Assembly (NCBI GenBank): GCA_963790825.1 | Contig: CAWBPM010000004.1 | Location: 94,987 to 158,986 of the forward strand | Direction: 5' to 3' | DNA length: 64,000 nucleotides | Source: Candidatus Levyibacteriota bacterium | GTDB taxonomy: Bacteria; Patescibacteriota; Microgenomatia; Levybacterales; UBA12049 | Part shown: positions 28,976-38,894 of the stretch, one piece after another | Position numbering within the stretch: the first letter of the stretch is position 1 | Layout of the letters: each line of letters starts with the position of its first letter | Notes under the pieces: model-generated | Databases searched by the model: none | Told to the model about the DNA's origin: nothing | The model's input: only the letters and a program-made list of their open reading frames with translations | Position numbers and translations under genes: made by a program

Positions 28976-30154
28976 ATGTTTCTTTTTAAACACAGAATTT
29001 TACTCTTGCTTTTACTTCCATTAACCACAGTCCTTTTATATTGTTTTATCACAAACTTTTATTCCCTTTTCCCCTTGCAAACTTTCAGTTATTTCAATAA
29101 CTATAATCACTACATTGCTGATCCCCGCGCATCCGGTCAAAAATTTAATTTATTATTGTCGTTAGCGCCAGCTGATGCTCAGTGGTATTTAAAAATTGCT
29201 GATTCAGGCTATCCCATCCGTCCCCGTGTTATTTACTCCGGCAGTCACCAGACAATAGACGGCGCTACCTATGCCTTCTTCCCGCTCTATCCAATTACCA
29301 TCGCACTCGTTAATTTCTTTTTGAAAAACATTGTGTTATCTGCTTTTATTCTTACGCAATTACTATTCCTTCTTAATATTGTCAGCCTTTACTATGTCAT
29401 AAAGAAGTTGTATAACGAACAACTGGCCATAAAGACCTTGTTTCTCCTCTTTTTATTTCCTTTCAGCATTTTCTTTCGCAGTTATTTCAGCGAAAGTCTC
29501 TTTCTTTTGGAACTCATTTGGTTTAGTTATTTTCTTATTAAAAAAAGGCTATTTATAAGCTCTCTCCTGCTTGGCTTACTGCTTGTAACCCGCGGGAATG
29601 GATTATTCTTGCTGCCTGTCTTCTTTTGTGTTGTGTTTAGAGATGTGCAAAATCGTCGGTTATTTATTAAAAAGAGTATTCTGTATGGTTTTATTTTAAT
29701 ACTACCATTTTTAGCTTGGATCGCTTATTGCTACCTGCAAACAGGAAACGGTTTCTATTTTATTATTGCCAGAAAAGCCTGGTTCCAATATCCTTTTCCG
29801 CTTCCTCTTTTTTATAACATAGCATTGGTACTGCTTGTACGATACTTGCCCTTTCATTTCTTTCATCTCTCGCAACTTGATGTTTTTTTTGTAGTTCTCG
29901 ATATGATACTCTTGGTTTTTTCGAAAAAGTTTCTCCGTCCCGTACTTTGGTGGGTAGCATTTACTCTTTGGATAAGTCCTCTGTCAACTCAGGACGCCAT
30001 GTCCTCCACTAGGTTTCAAATTATCTACTTTCCCCTTTTCATCTATGCAGCGTATATACTAAAAGGAAGATGGTACTTGGCAACGCTTGTCTTCTTTTCT
30101 ATATGTCTGCTCATCGTATCTCTTCTTTTTGTTAACTGGTATTGGATAGGATAG
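28976..30154 (+). CDS. GT-C mannosyltransferase-like (PIG-V/Gpi18-like) membrane protein
   Basis: DAQWYLKIA..GY, YAFFPLYP, FP.S.FF...FSESLFL, TR.NG, S..R. Confidence 0.82.
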   Translation: MFLFKHRILLLLLLPLTTVLLYCFITNFYSLFPLQTFSYFNNYNHYIADPRASGQKFNLLLSLAPADAQWYLKIADSGYPIRPRVIYSGSHQTIDGATYAFFPLYPITIALVNFFLKNIVLSAFILTQLLFLLNIVSLYYVIKKLYNEQLAIKTLFLLFLFPFSIFFRSYFSESLFLLELIWFSYFLIKKRLFISSLLLGLLLVTRGNGLFLLPVFFCVVFRDVQNRRLFIKKSILYGFILILPFLAWIAYCYLQTGNGFYFIIARKAWFQYPFPLPLFYNIALVLLVRYLPFHFFHLSQLDVFFVVLDMILLVFSKKFLRPVLWWVAFTLWISPLSTQDAMSSTRFQIIYFPLFIYAAYILKGRWYLATLVFFSICLLIVSLLFVNWYWIG

Positions 30155-30198
30155 ATATTGTACCTTTACCCAATAATCATTGCTATACTTTAGAAATA

Positions 30199-30753
30199 AT
30201 GATTGTCTTCAAATTCTTAATCATTGCTTTTCTCCTCCTCGTCGCAGCGATTCCCCTAGCGCTTATCGCTGCTTTCTTCTTCGGACCACCCTTCATTCCG
30301 ACCCCTAAAAAAACAGTAAAAGAAATGGTTGCGCTTGCCGGTATTTATAAAGGGGATACAGTACTGGACATGGGCTCTGGAGACGGCAGAATGCTCCTAG
30401 AAGCAGCGAAATGCGGAGCACGCGCAGTTGGCTGGGAAATTAATCTCTACCTTGTTTTATGGACAAAAATATTAGCATATCGTTATGGCGTTAATAGACT
30501 AGTAGAAGTCCATTGGGGAAGCTACTATCAGGCGGATTTTTCAAAAGCAAATGTCGTCTTTCTCTATGGTATTACTCACGAAATGGAAAAAATTGAACAG
30601 AAACTGCAAAAAGAGTTAAAACCTGGATCGAAAGTTATTTCTTATACGTTTGTTTTCCCGCATCTCAAGCCGACTAAAACCCTTTCCGAAAATTACTGTC
30701 TATACTATCGCCTGATTTCTTTCCTGCTATTATACTTATTGTATTTTATTTAA
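30199..30753 (+). CDS. Class I SAM-dependent methyltransferase with N-terminal TM helix
   Basis: PFIPTP, VLDMGSGDGR, GWEIN, ELKPGSKVIS. Confidence 0.88.
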   Translation: MIVFKFLIIAFLLLVAAIPLALIAAFFFGPPFIPTPKKTVKEMVALAGIYKGDTVLDMGSGDGRMLLEAAKCGARAVGWEINLYLVLWTKILAYRYGVNRLVEVHWGSYYQADFSKANVVFLYGITHEMEKIEQKLQKELKPGSKVISYTFVFPHLKPTKTLSENYCLYYRLISFLLLYLLYFI

Positions 30754-30774
30754 AGAGGAGTATACAATTAGCCT

Positions 30775-31095
30775 ATGGACTGGAGTTCTATTCCGGGATG
30801 TATTGGGGCACTAGGCGAAGCGCATTTACAATGCTTGCCGGCAGTGTTCCAAAATCTTATAAACGGCGCGCTTATTTTGGCAGGAATCGCTGCGGTTATT
30901 TTTATCATTCTTGCCGCGTACCGACTGATAACCTCCCGGGGAAACCAGCAAGGAGTAAGCAAAGCCCGGAAAACGCTTATCTTTGCAATTGCCGGTTTGG
31001 TAATTATTTTATTATCCTTTTTCCTGGTTAATTTTCTGGCAAATATTACCGGAACAAATTGCATCACCCAAATGGGCTTTACCAATTGCCAATAA
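30775..31095 (+). CDS. VirB2/TrbC-like pilin
   Basis: AAYRLITSRGNQQGVSKARKTLIFAIAGLVIILLS. Confidence 0.82.
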   Translation: MDWSSIPGCIGALGEAHLQCLPAVFQNLINGALILAGIAAVIFIILAAYRLITSRGNQQGVSKARKTLIFAIAGLVIILLSFFLVNFLANITGTNCITQMGFTNCQ

Positions 31096-31261
31096 CTGTC
31101 TATCCACTTTTCACAGAAAAGCTTGATTTTATACTATATTTGACATACTTTGTAGGACTTGCAATCAAATTTTTCACGTTATACACTGACTGGTATAGAA
31201 GATACTACTAACTGCCCGGAGGGAGCTTTTCTGAGGTGGGAATTAACTTCTAGATAAAAAT

Positions 31262-32611
31262 ATGGATAATCACCCGATTCCGCAAGACGTTACCGGATTT
31301 CAATTTAAACTTGTGGGCAGTATGACCGTAAAGCAATTTGCCCAACTTGCGGGGCCGTGCATTATAGCAGTTATTCTTTATTATTCCCCTTTTTTTATTC
31401 TGATAAAAATTATCGGTATTCCGTTTTTTGTTCTTTTCGGGCTTTGTCTCGCATTTGTTCCGATAGAAGGCCGTCCGATTGACGTGATGGCATCGCATTT
31501 CTTAAGAGCCCTTTTCGCTCCTAATCAATTTGTCTTCCATAAAATAGGGAGGCAGTTGGCATTTACTACTGTAGATTTAAGGCGTACTGCCAAAGAAAAG
31601 GTCTCTGTACATATTGATCCTCTAAAAAAAAAGCAACTTCAGGCATTTTTACAAAACGTTCAGAGTAGACCACAAAGCCCGTCTGACTCAAAAGAAGATG
31701 AGTTTCTTAAGTCTCTTGATTCGATCCAATTTCAAGGACCGGTTCTTTTGCCCGCTTCTTCGCCAATGCAGCAGCGAGGAGAGGCGGCTTCGCCAATAAG
31801 CACCAACCCCTTGCCTCCACAACCGCAAATGCCGCCAACAAAAAACATTGCGCAAACACAAAATCAGGCTTCCTTAAATCAACAAACAGCAGCACCTATG
31901 GACAATGTTAAGCCGGATATCCCCCTACCACAGATGGTTAAGCCATCAACTGCTGCTCAATCTATAAACTCGTCTTTGCCGTATGTTCCGCAGCCGAATA
32001 GTCTGCCTCAGAAGAATATTGACTCTACGCCAAACCCAAAGGAAAGTTTAGGACAGGAAGAACAACCCGAGTATAAGGAGACTGAGCAATTATCGCAAAA
32101 ATTAGATGATATCGCTCATGAGAAACAGAAACTAGAAGATGAGCTTCGGGCTTTAAAGAGTCAATTAGCCGGTCGGCAAACAGTTTCTGTTCCTATTGCC
32201 AAACCTGTAGATAGACAGGTAGAACAACCGGCTCAGGAGGAAGACAGCCCACATGTTTTGAAAGTACCAAAGTCCCTGACTACCAGCATTGGGGCTCCTG
32301 CTATGCCTGATTCTCCCAATCTCATTGCGGGCGTTGTGAAAGACCCAAGAGGAAATGTTCTGCAAAATATTCTGGTAGAGGTAAAAGATAAAGAGGGCAG
32401 TCCTGTTCGGGCGTTTAAAACCAATGCGCTGGGTCAATTCTCCTCAGCAACGCCACTAATAAATGGCGATTATACTATAGAATTTGAAGATCCAAAGGAT
32501 CAACATAAATTTGATACGATTGAACTCAGGGCGAGTGGCGAGATTATGTTGCCCATCGAAGTGATCTCGAGAGATGCGCGGGAGGAGTTGAGGCGCGCGT
32601 TATTTACCTAA
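31262..32611 (+). CDS. prgI: PrgI-family protein with Pro/Gln-rich linker, coiled coil and C-terminal beta-sandwich domain
   Basis: HPIPQDVTGFQFKLVGSMTVKQF, two TM helices, GRP; C-terminal G.VKD..G...NILVEV...RAFKTN.LGQF. Confidence 0.8.
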   Translation: MDNHPIPQDVTGFQFKLVGSMTVKQFAQLAGPCIIAVILYYSPFFILIKIIGIPFFVLFGLCLAFVPIEGRPIDVMASHFLRALFAPNQFVFHKIGRQLAFTTVDLRRTAKEKVSVHIDPLKKKQLQAFLQNVQSRPQSPSDSKEDEFLKSLDSIQFQGPVLLPASSPMQQRGEAASPISTNPLPPQPQMPPTKNIAQTQNQASLNQQTAAPMDNVKPDIPLPQMVKPSTAAQSINSSLPYVPQPNSLPQKNIDSTPNPKESLGQEEQPEYKETEQLSQKLDDIAHEKQKLEDELRALKSQLAGRQTVSVPIAKPVDRQVEQPAQEEDSPHVLKVPKSLTTSIGAPAMPDSPNLIAGVVKDPRGNVLQNILVEVKDKEGSPVRAFKTNALGQFSSATPLINGDYTIEFEDPKDQHKFDTIELRASGEIMLPIEVISRDAREELRRALFT

Positions 32612-32612
32612 T

Positions 32613-33254
32613 ATGAATACACCTGTCCAAAAAATTCACGCTTCAACGCAAAAGTTTACTGAAATTCAGGATATTTTTGATACCGTGGTGATACTAAACG
32701 GCGGTAATGCCTGCTTAGTTATCGAAGTTACTGCCAGTAACTTTGCTCTCTTATCCAGACAAGAGCAGGATATGAAAATCTTTTCCTATGCTTCGCTGTT
32801 AAATTCTTTAACCTTTCCGATTCAAATACTTATCAGAAACGAAAAGGTCGATATTACGTCCTACTTAAAGTCTCTTGAGGAAGCTGAGAAAAACACTCAA
32901 AACTCCCTGCTTCGCAAAAATATTGGCTTCTACCGGAATTTTATCAAAGAAATGATTTTGGTCAATACGGTTCTCAATAAACGGTTCTATATTGTTCTTA
33001 ACTTTTCCTCTCTGGAGGCAGGACCTACCGGCGTAAGCTTGACCGATAAAGTAAATTTCGCCCGGGTTGCCAAAAAAATGCTTGAGTCCAAGGCAGATTC
33101 CCTGCTTCCTGAGCTGCAAAAAATTTCTTCTTCCTCAAGGGTACTAGAGAAAGATGAGCTGGTAAAACTTTTTTATGAAATTTTCAATCACGAAGCAGTT
33201 GATGCTACTCAGGTAGCAGCAGATATAAAAGTGCCGATTATTACTAGTCATTAG
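32613..33254 (+). CDS. TraC/VirB4 N-terminal-like accessory protein
   Basis: STQ.F.EI, NFALLS..EQ, LNSL.FPIQILIR, FY.V; lies between prgI and virB4. Confidence 0.7.
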   Translation: MNTPVQKIHASTQKFTEIQDIFDTVVILNGGNACLVIEVTASNFALLSRQEQDMKIFSYASLLNSLTFPIQILIRNEKVDITSYLKSLEEAEKNTQNSLLRKNIGFYRNFIKEMILVNTVLNKRFYIVLNFSSLEAGPTGVSLTDKVNFARVAKKMLESKADSLLPELQKISSSSRVLEKDELVKLFYEIFNHEAVDATQVAADIKVPIITSH

Positions 33255-33275
33255 TATTCATTAACATTCGTTAAT

Positions 33276-35345
33276 ATGAAATTATTTGGAAAGAAAACAA
33301 CAGCGGAAACGACAAAAGCAAATTCCACAACTGACGGAAAGGGCGTTAAGCAGTTGGAAAAGGGAACCGTGTCTTTGGTAGATATTATTGCTCCGTCTTC
33401 AATTGAAGTAGATTTTAGATTTATCCGGGTTGGAGAAACATTTTATACAACTCTTTTTATCGTTGGTTATCCGAGATTCGTCTCCCCCAGCTGGCTTGAG
33501 CCGCTTATCGACTTTGACCATACGCTGGATATCTCAATGTTTGTTTATCCAACGTCAGGAGCCGACGTACTTACGGATTTACGGCGTAAGATCGGCGAAA
33601 TGGAGGCAACGCTCATGTCGGACGCAGAAGCAGGAAAACAGGAAGATCCGACAGTTGCAGCAGCCCTAGAAGATGCGAAGTCGCTCCAGGAAGAACTGGC
33701 TAAGGGTATTGAGCGTTTTTTTCAATTTAGCTTTTATATTAAAATCTCTTCAGACAATATCATTGATCTACACGATACAACCAAAAGGCTGAAAACGACA
33801 CTCTCCTCTCTCCTTTTAACCGCCAAAAATGCAACCTTGCAAATGGAGGAAGGTTTTAAATCAACCATGCCGCTGGGCTCTGACAAGCTTTATATGCCGC
33901 GAAATATGGATACCACGTCTCTCGCTTCCACGTTTCCTTTTACTTCGGCAATTTTAACCCAGAACAAGGGCGTCATGTATGGTCTTAACCAGCAAAACGG
34001 TTCGCTCATTATCTTTGACCGGTTCTCTCTGGAAAACGCCAATGAGGTTGTGTTGGGAAAATCGGGCGCAGGGAAATCGTACCTTATTAAACTTGAAATT
34101 ATGCGCCAATTTATGTTGGGAGCCGAGGTATTTGTGATCGACCCTGAGGGAGAATATGGAACGCTGGCACAGGGACTAGGCGGTGAGACAGTGGAATTTA
34201 GCCCAAACGCACCGGTTAAGATAAATCCGTTCGATCTTTCAGAGCTGTACGAGGAGGGTGAGAATGAACTGGGGCTAAAAATTCTTTCGCTTCATGGGCT
34301 ACTTAAAATTATCATGGGTGAACTTGACGCCGAACACGATGCAATCTTAGACCGGGGTATTATCGAGACATATCGACAAATGGGAATCACAACCGATCCG
34401 GAAACGCAGAAACGTACACCACCGCTTCTTGAGGATTTATATAAAACACTTTTGGGCTATGAGTCGGCACCAGCCCGCGATTTGGCGTACAGGCTTGAAA
34501 AATTTATCAAGGGTTCTGCTGCCGGCATTTTTAATCAGAGATCAAATTTTGATATTACTAATCCTTTGACTGTTTTCAGTATTAAAAATTTAGAAGAAGA
34601 GCTCCGCCCGGTTGCCATGCATATCATCCTCGATTTTATCTGGACCAAAGTGAAGCGGTCGCTTAAAAAAAGAATTTTAGTTCTGGACGAGGCATGGTAT
34701 ATGATGAAATATGAGGATTCTGCATCTTTTGTCTATTCAATTGCCAAACGGGCCAGGAAATATTATCTTGGATTAACAACCGCTACGCAGGATGTTGAGG
34801 ATTTTTTAGGGACCGACTACGGAAAGGCAGTGCTAACAAATTCATCTATTCAAATGTTATTAAAGCAAAGTGGTGCCGGAGTTGATCTGGTTTCAGATAC
34901 ATTCTTTTTATCGGAGGGTGAAAAAGAATTATTACTATCGGCAGATATAGGAGAAGGGTTATTTTTCGCTGGGCAAAATCATGTTGCAATAAAGGTAGTT
35001 GCAGCGCCATTTGAACATGAGTTTATTACCTCAAATCCGGCAGAACTTCTAAAAAGGCAGCAAGCAGGACTTGCGCAAGTTACCCAACCACAACCACTAC
35101 AACAACAGATGCCCCAACAACCACCAGCCAATCCTCTATCATCATCTAATCAAACCCCACCTATCCGTCCGACATATATGGGTCAGGCACCGACAAACAA
35201 TACGATGGGAGGCTATCCGATGCAGACCGGCCAATCTACTCCGAATCAACAAATACCGCAGAATAATACTCCCCCCCAGACTCAATCTCAATTACCAGGA
35301 CAGCCCCTACCACCTCAACCTCCTCCATCTTTACCTAACCACTGA
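33276..35345 (+). CDS. virB4: VirB4/TraE-like type IV secretion ATPase with Gln/Pro-rich tail
   Basis: GKSGAGKS Walker A, IDPEGEY, INPFD, LDEAW, KRARKY, TQDV. Confidence 0.9.
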   Translation: MKLFGKKTTAETTKANSTTDGKGVKQLEKGTVSLVDIIAPSSIEVDFRFIRVGETFYTTLFIVGYPRFVSPSWLEPLIDFDHTLDISMFVYPTSGADVLTDLRRKIGEMEATLMSDAEAGKQEDPTVAAALEDAKSLQEELAKGIERFFQFSFYIKISSDNIIDLHDTTKRLKTTLSSLLLTAKNATLQMEEGFKSTMPLGSDKLYMPRNMDTTSLASTFPFTSAILTQNKGVMYGLNQQNGSLIIFDRFSLENANEVVLGKSGAGKSYLIKLEIMRQFMLGAEVFVIDPEGEYGTLAQGLGGETVEFSPNAPVKINPFDLSELYEEGENELGLKILSLHGLLKIIMGELDAEHDAILDRGIIETYRQMGITTDPETQKRTPPLLEDLYKTLLGYESAPARDLAYRLEKFIKGSAAGIFNQRSNFDITNPLTVFSIKNLEEELRPVAMHIILDFIWTKVKRSLKKRILVLDEAWYMMKYEDSASFVYSIAKRARKYYLGLTTATQDVEDFLGTDYGKAVLTNSSIQMLLKQSGAGVDLVSDTFFLSEGEKELLLSADIGEGLFFAGQNHVAIKVVAAPFEHEFITSNPAELLKRQQAGLAQVTQPQPLQQQMPQQPPANPLSSSNQTPPIRPTYMGQAPTNNTMGGYPMQTGQSTPNQQIPQNNTPPQTQSQLPGQPLPPQPPPSLPNH

Positions 35346-35367
35346 ATTTCTGCTACCATAATCATAT

Positions 35368-36858
35368 ATGGACAATAAAGACAGTTCCAAACCCCAAACA
35401 CCATCCGCAAATAAAACATCACAATCCTCATCCGTATCTAAAATGGCACGTGGAGTTTCGGGAGTAAGAAATGTCCAGCAAGTGTTAAGAGCCAAAGATA
35501 TGGAGCAAGCAGCGGAAGAGTTGGTAAAACTTTTAATTAAACGGTTCGTTGTTTTTAATCCGTATGTTTGGATAGCTGCAGGAGCTGTTATATTAATCAT
35601 CCTCTTTATCGTCGCTATGGTAATTATTATTGAGGGAGGATATTGTTACCTAAAAAACAAGGCTGAAAACGTGTTCGTCCTCGGTGGCTTAGTAAGTATC
35701 GTTGATAGCTGGGCAGATATGCCTGATTGTAAAACCGGAATTACTATTCCGGGAACAGGGACTGGAACCGGCACGGGAACAGGGACTGGAACCGGCACGG
35801 GAACAGGGACTGGAACCGGCACGGGAACAGGGACTGATCCTGTATCTCAAATGACAATTAAAAAGACAGATAATAAAAATGGGGCAACCTCTAACGGCAC
35901 CCAAATCACCTATACTATTACTGTTACCTATCCGCCTGCCATTCAAACTTTTTCAGTCGTCGATACGCTTCCTCCAACAACGCAGGCAACTTTAAATGAT
36001 GACGGTAGTGGCGCTCATGTCGATAATAGCTATACCTGGACAGTTGTTAACCCTAATAATACCGGTACCACAAATCTTACTGCTACATTTACACTCAAAT
36101 TAACTCCTAAGGTTTCAGATATCTATTTGGTAAATAACGCTTCTATCAACGGCGCCGTAGCCGCAGCTACCACCACCTCTCCCCCCGGGGGAGGAACCCT
36201 AACGGGGAATATCGCTCAACTTTTTCCTAATACACTACCCCCTGACCCTTCAGGTGTAGACCAGATAAAAGCTGGGGTACTGAGTGCAGTCAATCCGAAT
36301 ATACAAGTATATAAAGACGCCGAAGCGGCCACTGGTGTTCCTTGGCAAGTGTTGGCTGGACTTCATTATAGAGAAGGTGGGGCCGCTTCCAATGCTTCTC
36401 TTGTTAGCGGCAGGATAATAGGAAATGATGAACCTGACATTGACGCTAACAATCCATGTCTCCAAAGCACGCCGATAGGCGTTGCAGACGGTCTTGCTGA
36501 GCCGCTTCCCGGTGGGGGTTGTGGATTCAGCTCTCTTCTTGATTCAGCTATATATGCAGGTAATTGGCTAAAACGTGGTATTGGTGGGAATATCACTTCT
36601 TTTCAAGATCTGGTTCATGCTTTTGCGGCATATAATGGAATCCCTGGTAACGCCAACTGCGGAAGAGGTGTTCCCTACACCAACTGTCCTGCTCCTTTTG
36701 TTGGTGATGATAACCCATATGCTATGAACCTTTTTGACGCTAATCATACGCCTATGTTTATCATCTATTGTGGAGATGGAAGCCTTTGTTCGCCCGCACC
36801 TCAAGATACTCGTCCTGGAGCAGCTACCGTAACTAAATGGGTTGCAACATCTCTGTAG
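35368..36858 (+). CDS. Membrane-anchored putative peptidoglycan hydrolase: TM + (GT)n linker + DUF11-like domain + lysozyme-like domain
   Basis: KTD...ITYTITV (DUF11-like); Y..A...TGVPWQVLAGLHYRE and AAYNG lysozyme/SLT-like motifs. Confidence 0.75.
   Translation: MDNKDSSKPQTPSANKTSQSSSVSKMARGVSGVRNVQQVLRAKDMEQAAEELVKLLIKRFVVFNPYVWIAAGAVILIILFIVAMVIIIEGGYCYLKNKAENVFVLGGLVSIVDSWADMPDCKTGITIPGTGTGTGTGTGTGTGTGTGTGTGTGTGTDPVSQMTIKKTDNKNGATSNGTQITYTITVTYPPAIQTFSVVDTLPPTTQATLNDDGSGAHVDNSYTWTVVNPNNTGTTNLTATFTLKLTPKVSDIYLVNNASINGAVAAATTTSPPGGGTLTGNIAQLFPNTLPPDPSGVDQIKAGVLSAVNPNIQVYKDAEAATGVPWQVLAGLHYREGGAASNASLVSGRIIGNDEPDIDANNPCLQSTPIGVADGLAEPLPGGGCGFSSLLDSAIYAGNWLKRGIGGNITSFQDLVHAFAAYNGIPGNANCGRGVPYTNCPAPFVGDDNPYAMNLFDANHTPMFIIYCGDGSLCSPAPQDTRPGAATVTKWVATSL
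35752..35835 (+). repeat. Perfect 24-bp tandem repeat x3.5 (GGAACAGGGACTGGAACCGGCACG) encoding (Gly-Thr)14
   Basis: Units start at 35752, 35776, 35800 and 35824 (partial). Confidence 0.95.
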
Positions 36859-36883
36859 TTTATCTATAGTAAAAGTAGGTATT

Positions 36884-37468
36884 ATGAATAATCAAAAGAA
36901 TCTCTTGTTTTTCTTTTATGGTCTTGCTTTTCTCGTTCTTGCTTGTATTATCTTATATATTTTTTTTATTGGCTCTCACCATTCTATAAAAAACCCATCT
37001 ATACAACCCGTTGAGACAGTTACTTCATTTCCTTCGCAAGGCACAAATAACATTAACCCCCCATCTTTTAAATCAATTCCAACAACCCCCCCCAGTCAAG
37101 GGGGAGGTATTAGTGAAAATTCTCCAATCTTACTTGCTTCAAAAGCAGAAATACAAAAGATCTATCTCTACCTACCTTATAAAATTGATTATCAATTATC
37201 CACGGGTATTAGTGTATCTGTAATTATTCCAGGAAGAGACCTGCAGCTCAATCCTTGGAGTCTAACTGTTCAAATTGAAAATATTAATTATAATACCTCT
37301 TCTACCCAACCTGACTACGAACAAATGAAAGCTTCATTTATCCAGGCTGCGGGCAATGTATTTGGATGGATTGAGCAAAAGGGAGCTGATCCAAAAAAAA
37401 TTCTCTTTGTTTGGTCTAATAAGAAATACGCACAAGAGCAAGCAGAAAGCTGGTTGATCTCACAATAA
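36884..37468 (+). CDS. Membrane-anchored hypothetical protein
   Basis: N-terminal TM, Pro linker, LPY...A..WIEQKGADP C-terminal motif. Confidence 0.7.
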   Translation: MNNQKNLLFFFYGLAFLVLACIILYIFFIGSHHSIKNPSIQPVETVTSFPSQGTNNINPPSFKSIPTTPPSQGGGISENSPILLASKAEIQKIYLYLPYKIDYQLSTGISVSVIIPGRDLQLNPWSLTVQIENINYNTSSTQPDYEQMKASFIQAAGNVFGWIEQKGADPKKILFVWSNKKYAQEQAESWLISQ

Positions 37469-37476
37469 ATTAGATT

Positions 37477-38169
37477 ATGCGAAAACACTGCTTAAAAACA
37501 TTTTATTCTTTTAATAGTTGCCTCCTGGTTCTTGTTTTTTTTCTTACCCTTGCGTTTCCGCAGAATCTTGCTTTTGCGCAAAATCAAGCTACTACTTGTA
37601 CAAAAATTGGGTCTCCGGTAGGGAGTCCGCCAGCCGGATGTGGTGGTGGATCGAGCGATATGGCTAGCGCTGCAAACGCCTTAATTAATCTAATAGTCAG
37701 CAAATGTGGTGGGAGTTATTCCTCGGGCAACGAGACATGTATTTCTGTCAACGACTTGACGATGTTCAAGTATCCTATTGATGCCTATACCGATATTACT
37801 GCTTCTGTAAATTCTTACACATTTCTTCAATGTGTTGGTTTTGTAAATACAGTTACAGCAGGTATGTTTCAACAAGGACTAAAAGAAATAGATGCTCGGG
37901 GTAGCGCCGCAGCTTATGCCAGCACTAACGCCCCTCCTGGATATGTGTATGTTGATAAAAATAGTGGTACAATAAAGCCAGGAGATATTCCTGTTTGGAC
38001 AGATAATGGCGTTGATTCTAATGGACACATCGCAATTGCAATTAGTGTTCTTGACTCTGATCATTTTGTTATAGCAGAAGCCAATGGATTCAATGGTCAT
38101 GTAGCAAATACTAGAAATATTCAAACAAGCACAGAATATGGCTTAGCTGGTTGGCTAGAAAAACTATGA
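37477..38169 (+). CDS. Secreted CHAP-domain amidase/peptidase
   Basis: Signal peptide; QCVGFV (catalytic Cys), PGDI.VW, GHIAI (His), EAN. Confidence 0.85.
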   Translation: MRKHCLKTFYSFNSCLLVLVFFLTLAFPQNLAFAQNQATTCTKIGSPVGSPPAGCGGGSSDMASAANALINLIVSKCGGSYSSGNETCISVNDLTMFKYPIDAYTDITASVNSYTFLQCVGFVNTVTAGMFQQGLKEIDARGSAAAYASTNAPPGYVYVDKNSGTIKPGDIPVWTDNGVDSNGHIAIAISVLDSDHFVIAEANGFNGHVANTRNIQTSTEYGLAGWLEKL

Positions 38170-38894
38170 TGTATTCAAAAACTAAATTATTATTGTTTTA
38201 CTCGCTCATTGCACTGATATTTATTCTAGTAGTAGGTATGTTTTTGATCCTTAGAAATAAAAAAAATGGTCAAACGCAACCGGGTAACCAAAATGGTTTT
38301 GTAACAATCACCCCTTTCCCAACAAACGGAATTCAACATTTGTCGATTATAAAAACCACCCCACTAGACAAGGCCATAAATATTCCACTGAGCTCAGATA
38401 TCTTTATCACATTTAACAGCTCACAACAAATTAATCAGGTTACAGTTAACGCTGTCCCAGCAATTCAATACACTCAATCAATCTTAGGAAATACGCTAGT
38501 ACTCACACTTTCTCAAGTCCTTCAATCAAACACTAAATATCAAATATCCACTAGTCTTCCTGGTGGCTCGCCATATACTTTTTCTTTTACAACTATCGGT
38601 AATACAATTACTCCGTCTCCCGATACGAGAGATACAAATTTATTTAATAAGATTAAGGCAAACGAAAGAGAAAAATCTCCCGATGTGTATGTTTCCAACA
38701 ATTCTCCCTATCACAACCAAGACTTCTCAATAAGTTATAATTTTGTTTCTGGAACACCCACGGGTCATTTTCACTTCACTGTAATTTTATTAAATCCGGA
38801 TAAAAACGTCGTACAGGCAAGTTTCATCAACTGGCTAAAATCACTTGATATGACAGATGAACAAATACAACGCCTTGATATCACGTATCAATAA
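38166..38894 (+). CDS. Membrane-anchored Ig-like (Big_5-type) domain protein
   Basis: TM; TTP.D.A.NIP..S.I.ITFN...L..NTKY.I...FSFTT. Confidence 0.72.
   Translation: MMYSKTKLLLFYSLIALIFILVVGMFLILRNKKNGQTQPGNQNGFVTITPFPTNGIQHLSIIKTTPLDKAINIPLSSDIFITFNSSQQINQVTVNAVPAIQYTQSILGNTLVLTLSQVLQSNTKYQISTSLPGGSPYTFSFTTIGNTITPSPDTRDTNLFNKIKANEREKSPDVYVSNNSPYHNQDFSISYNFVSGTPTGHFHFTVILLNPDKNVVQASFINWLKSLDMTDEQIQRLDITYQ

Noticed and set aside
30680-30753. Possible frameshift at the methyltransferase C-terminus (alternative frame KITVYTIA*)
   Set aside because: Plausible, but cannot be distinguished from a natural tail without homologue alignment.
35752-35835. Possible CRISPR array
   Set aside because: Contiguous repeats without spacers, in frame within a CDS; no cas genes.
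16576-38894. Integrative conjugative element or prophage
   Set aside because: No integrase, relaxase, att repeats or phage structural genes visible; the cluster abuts dnaN.
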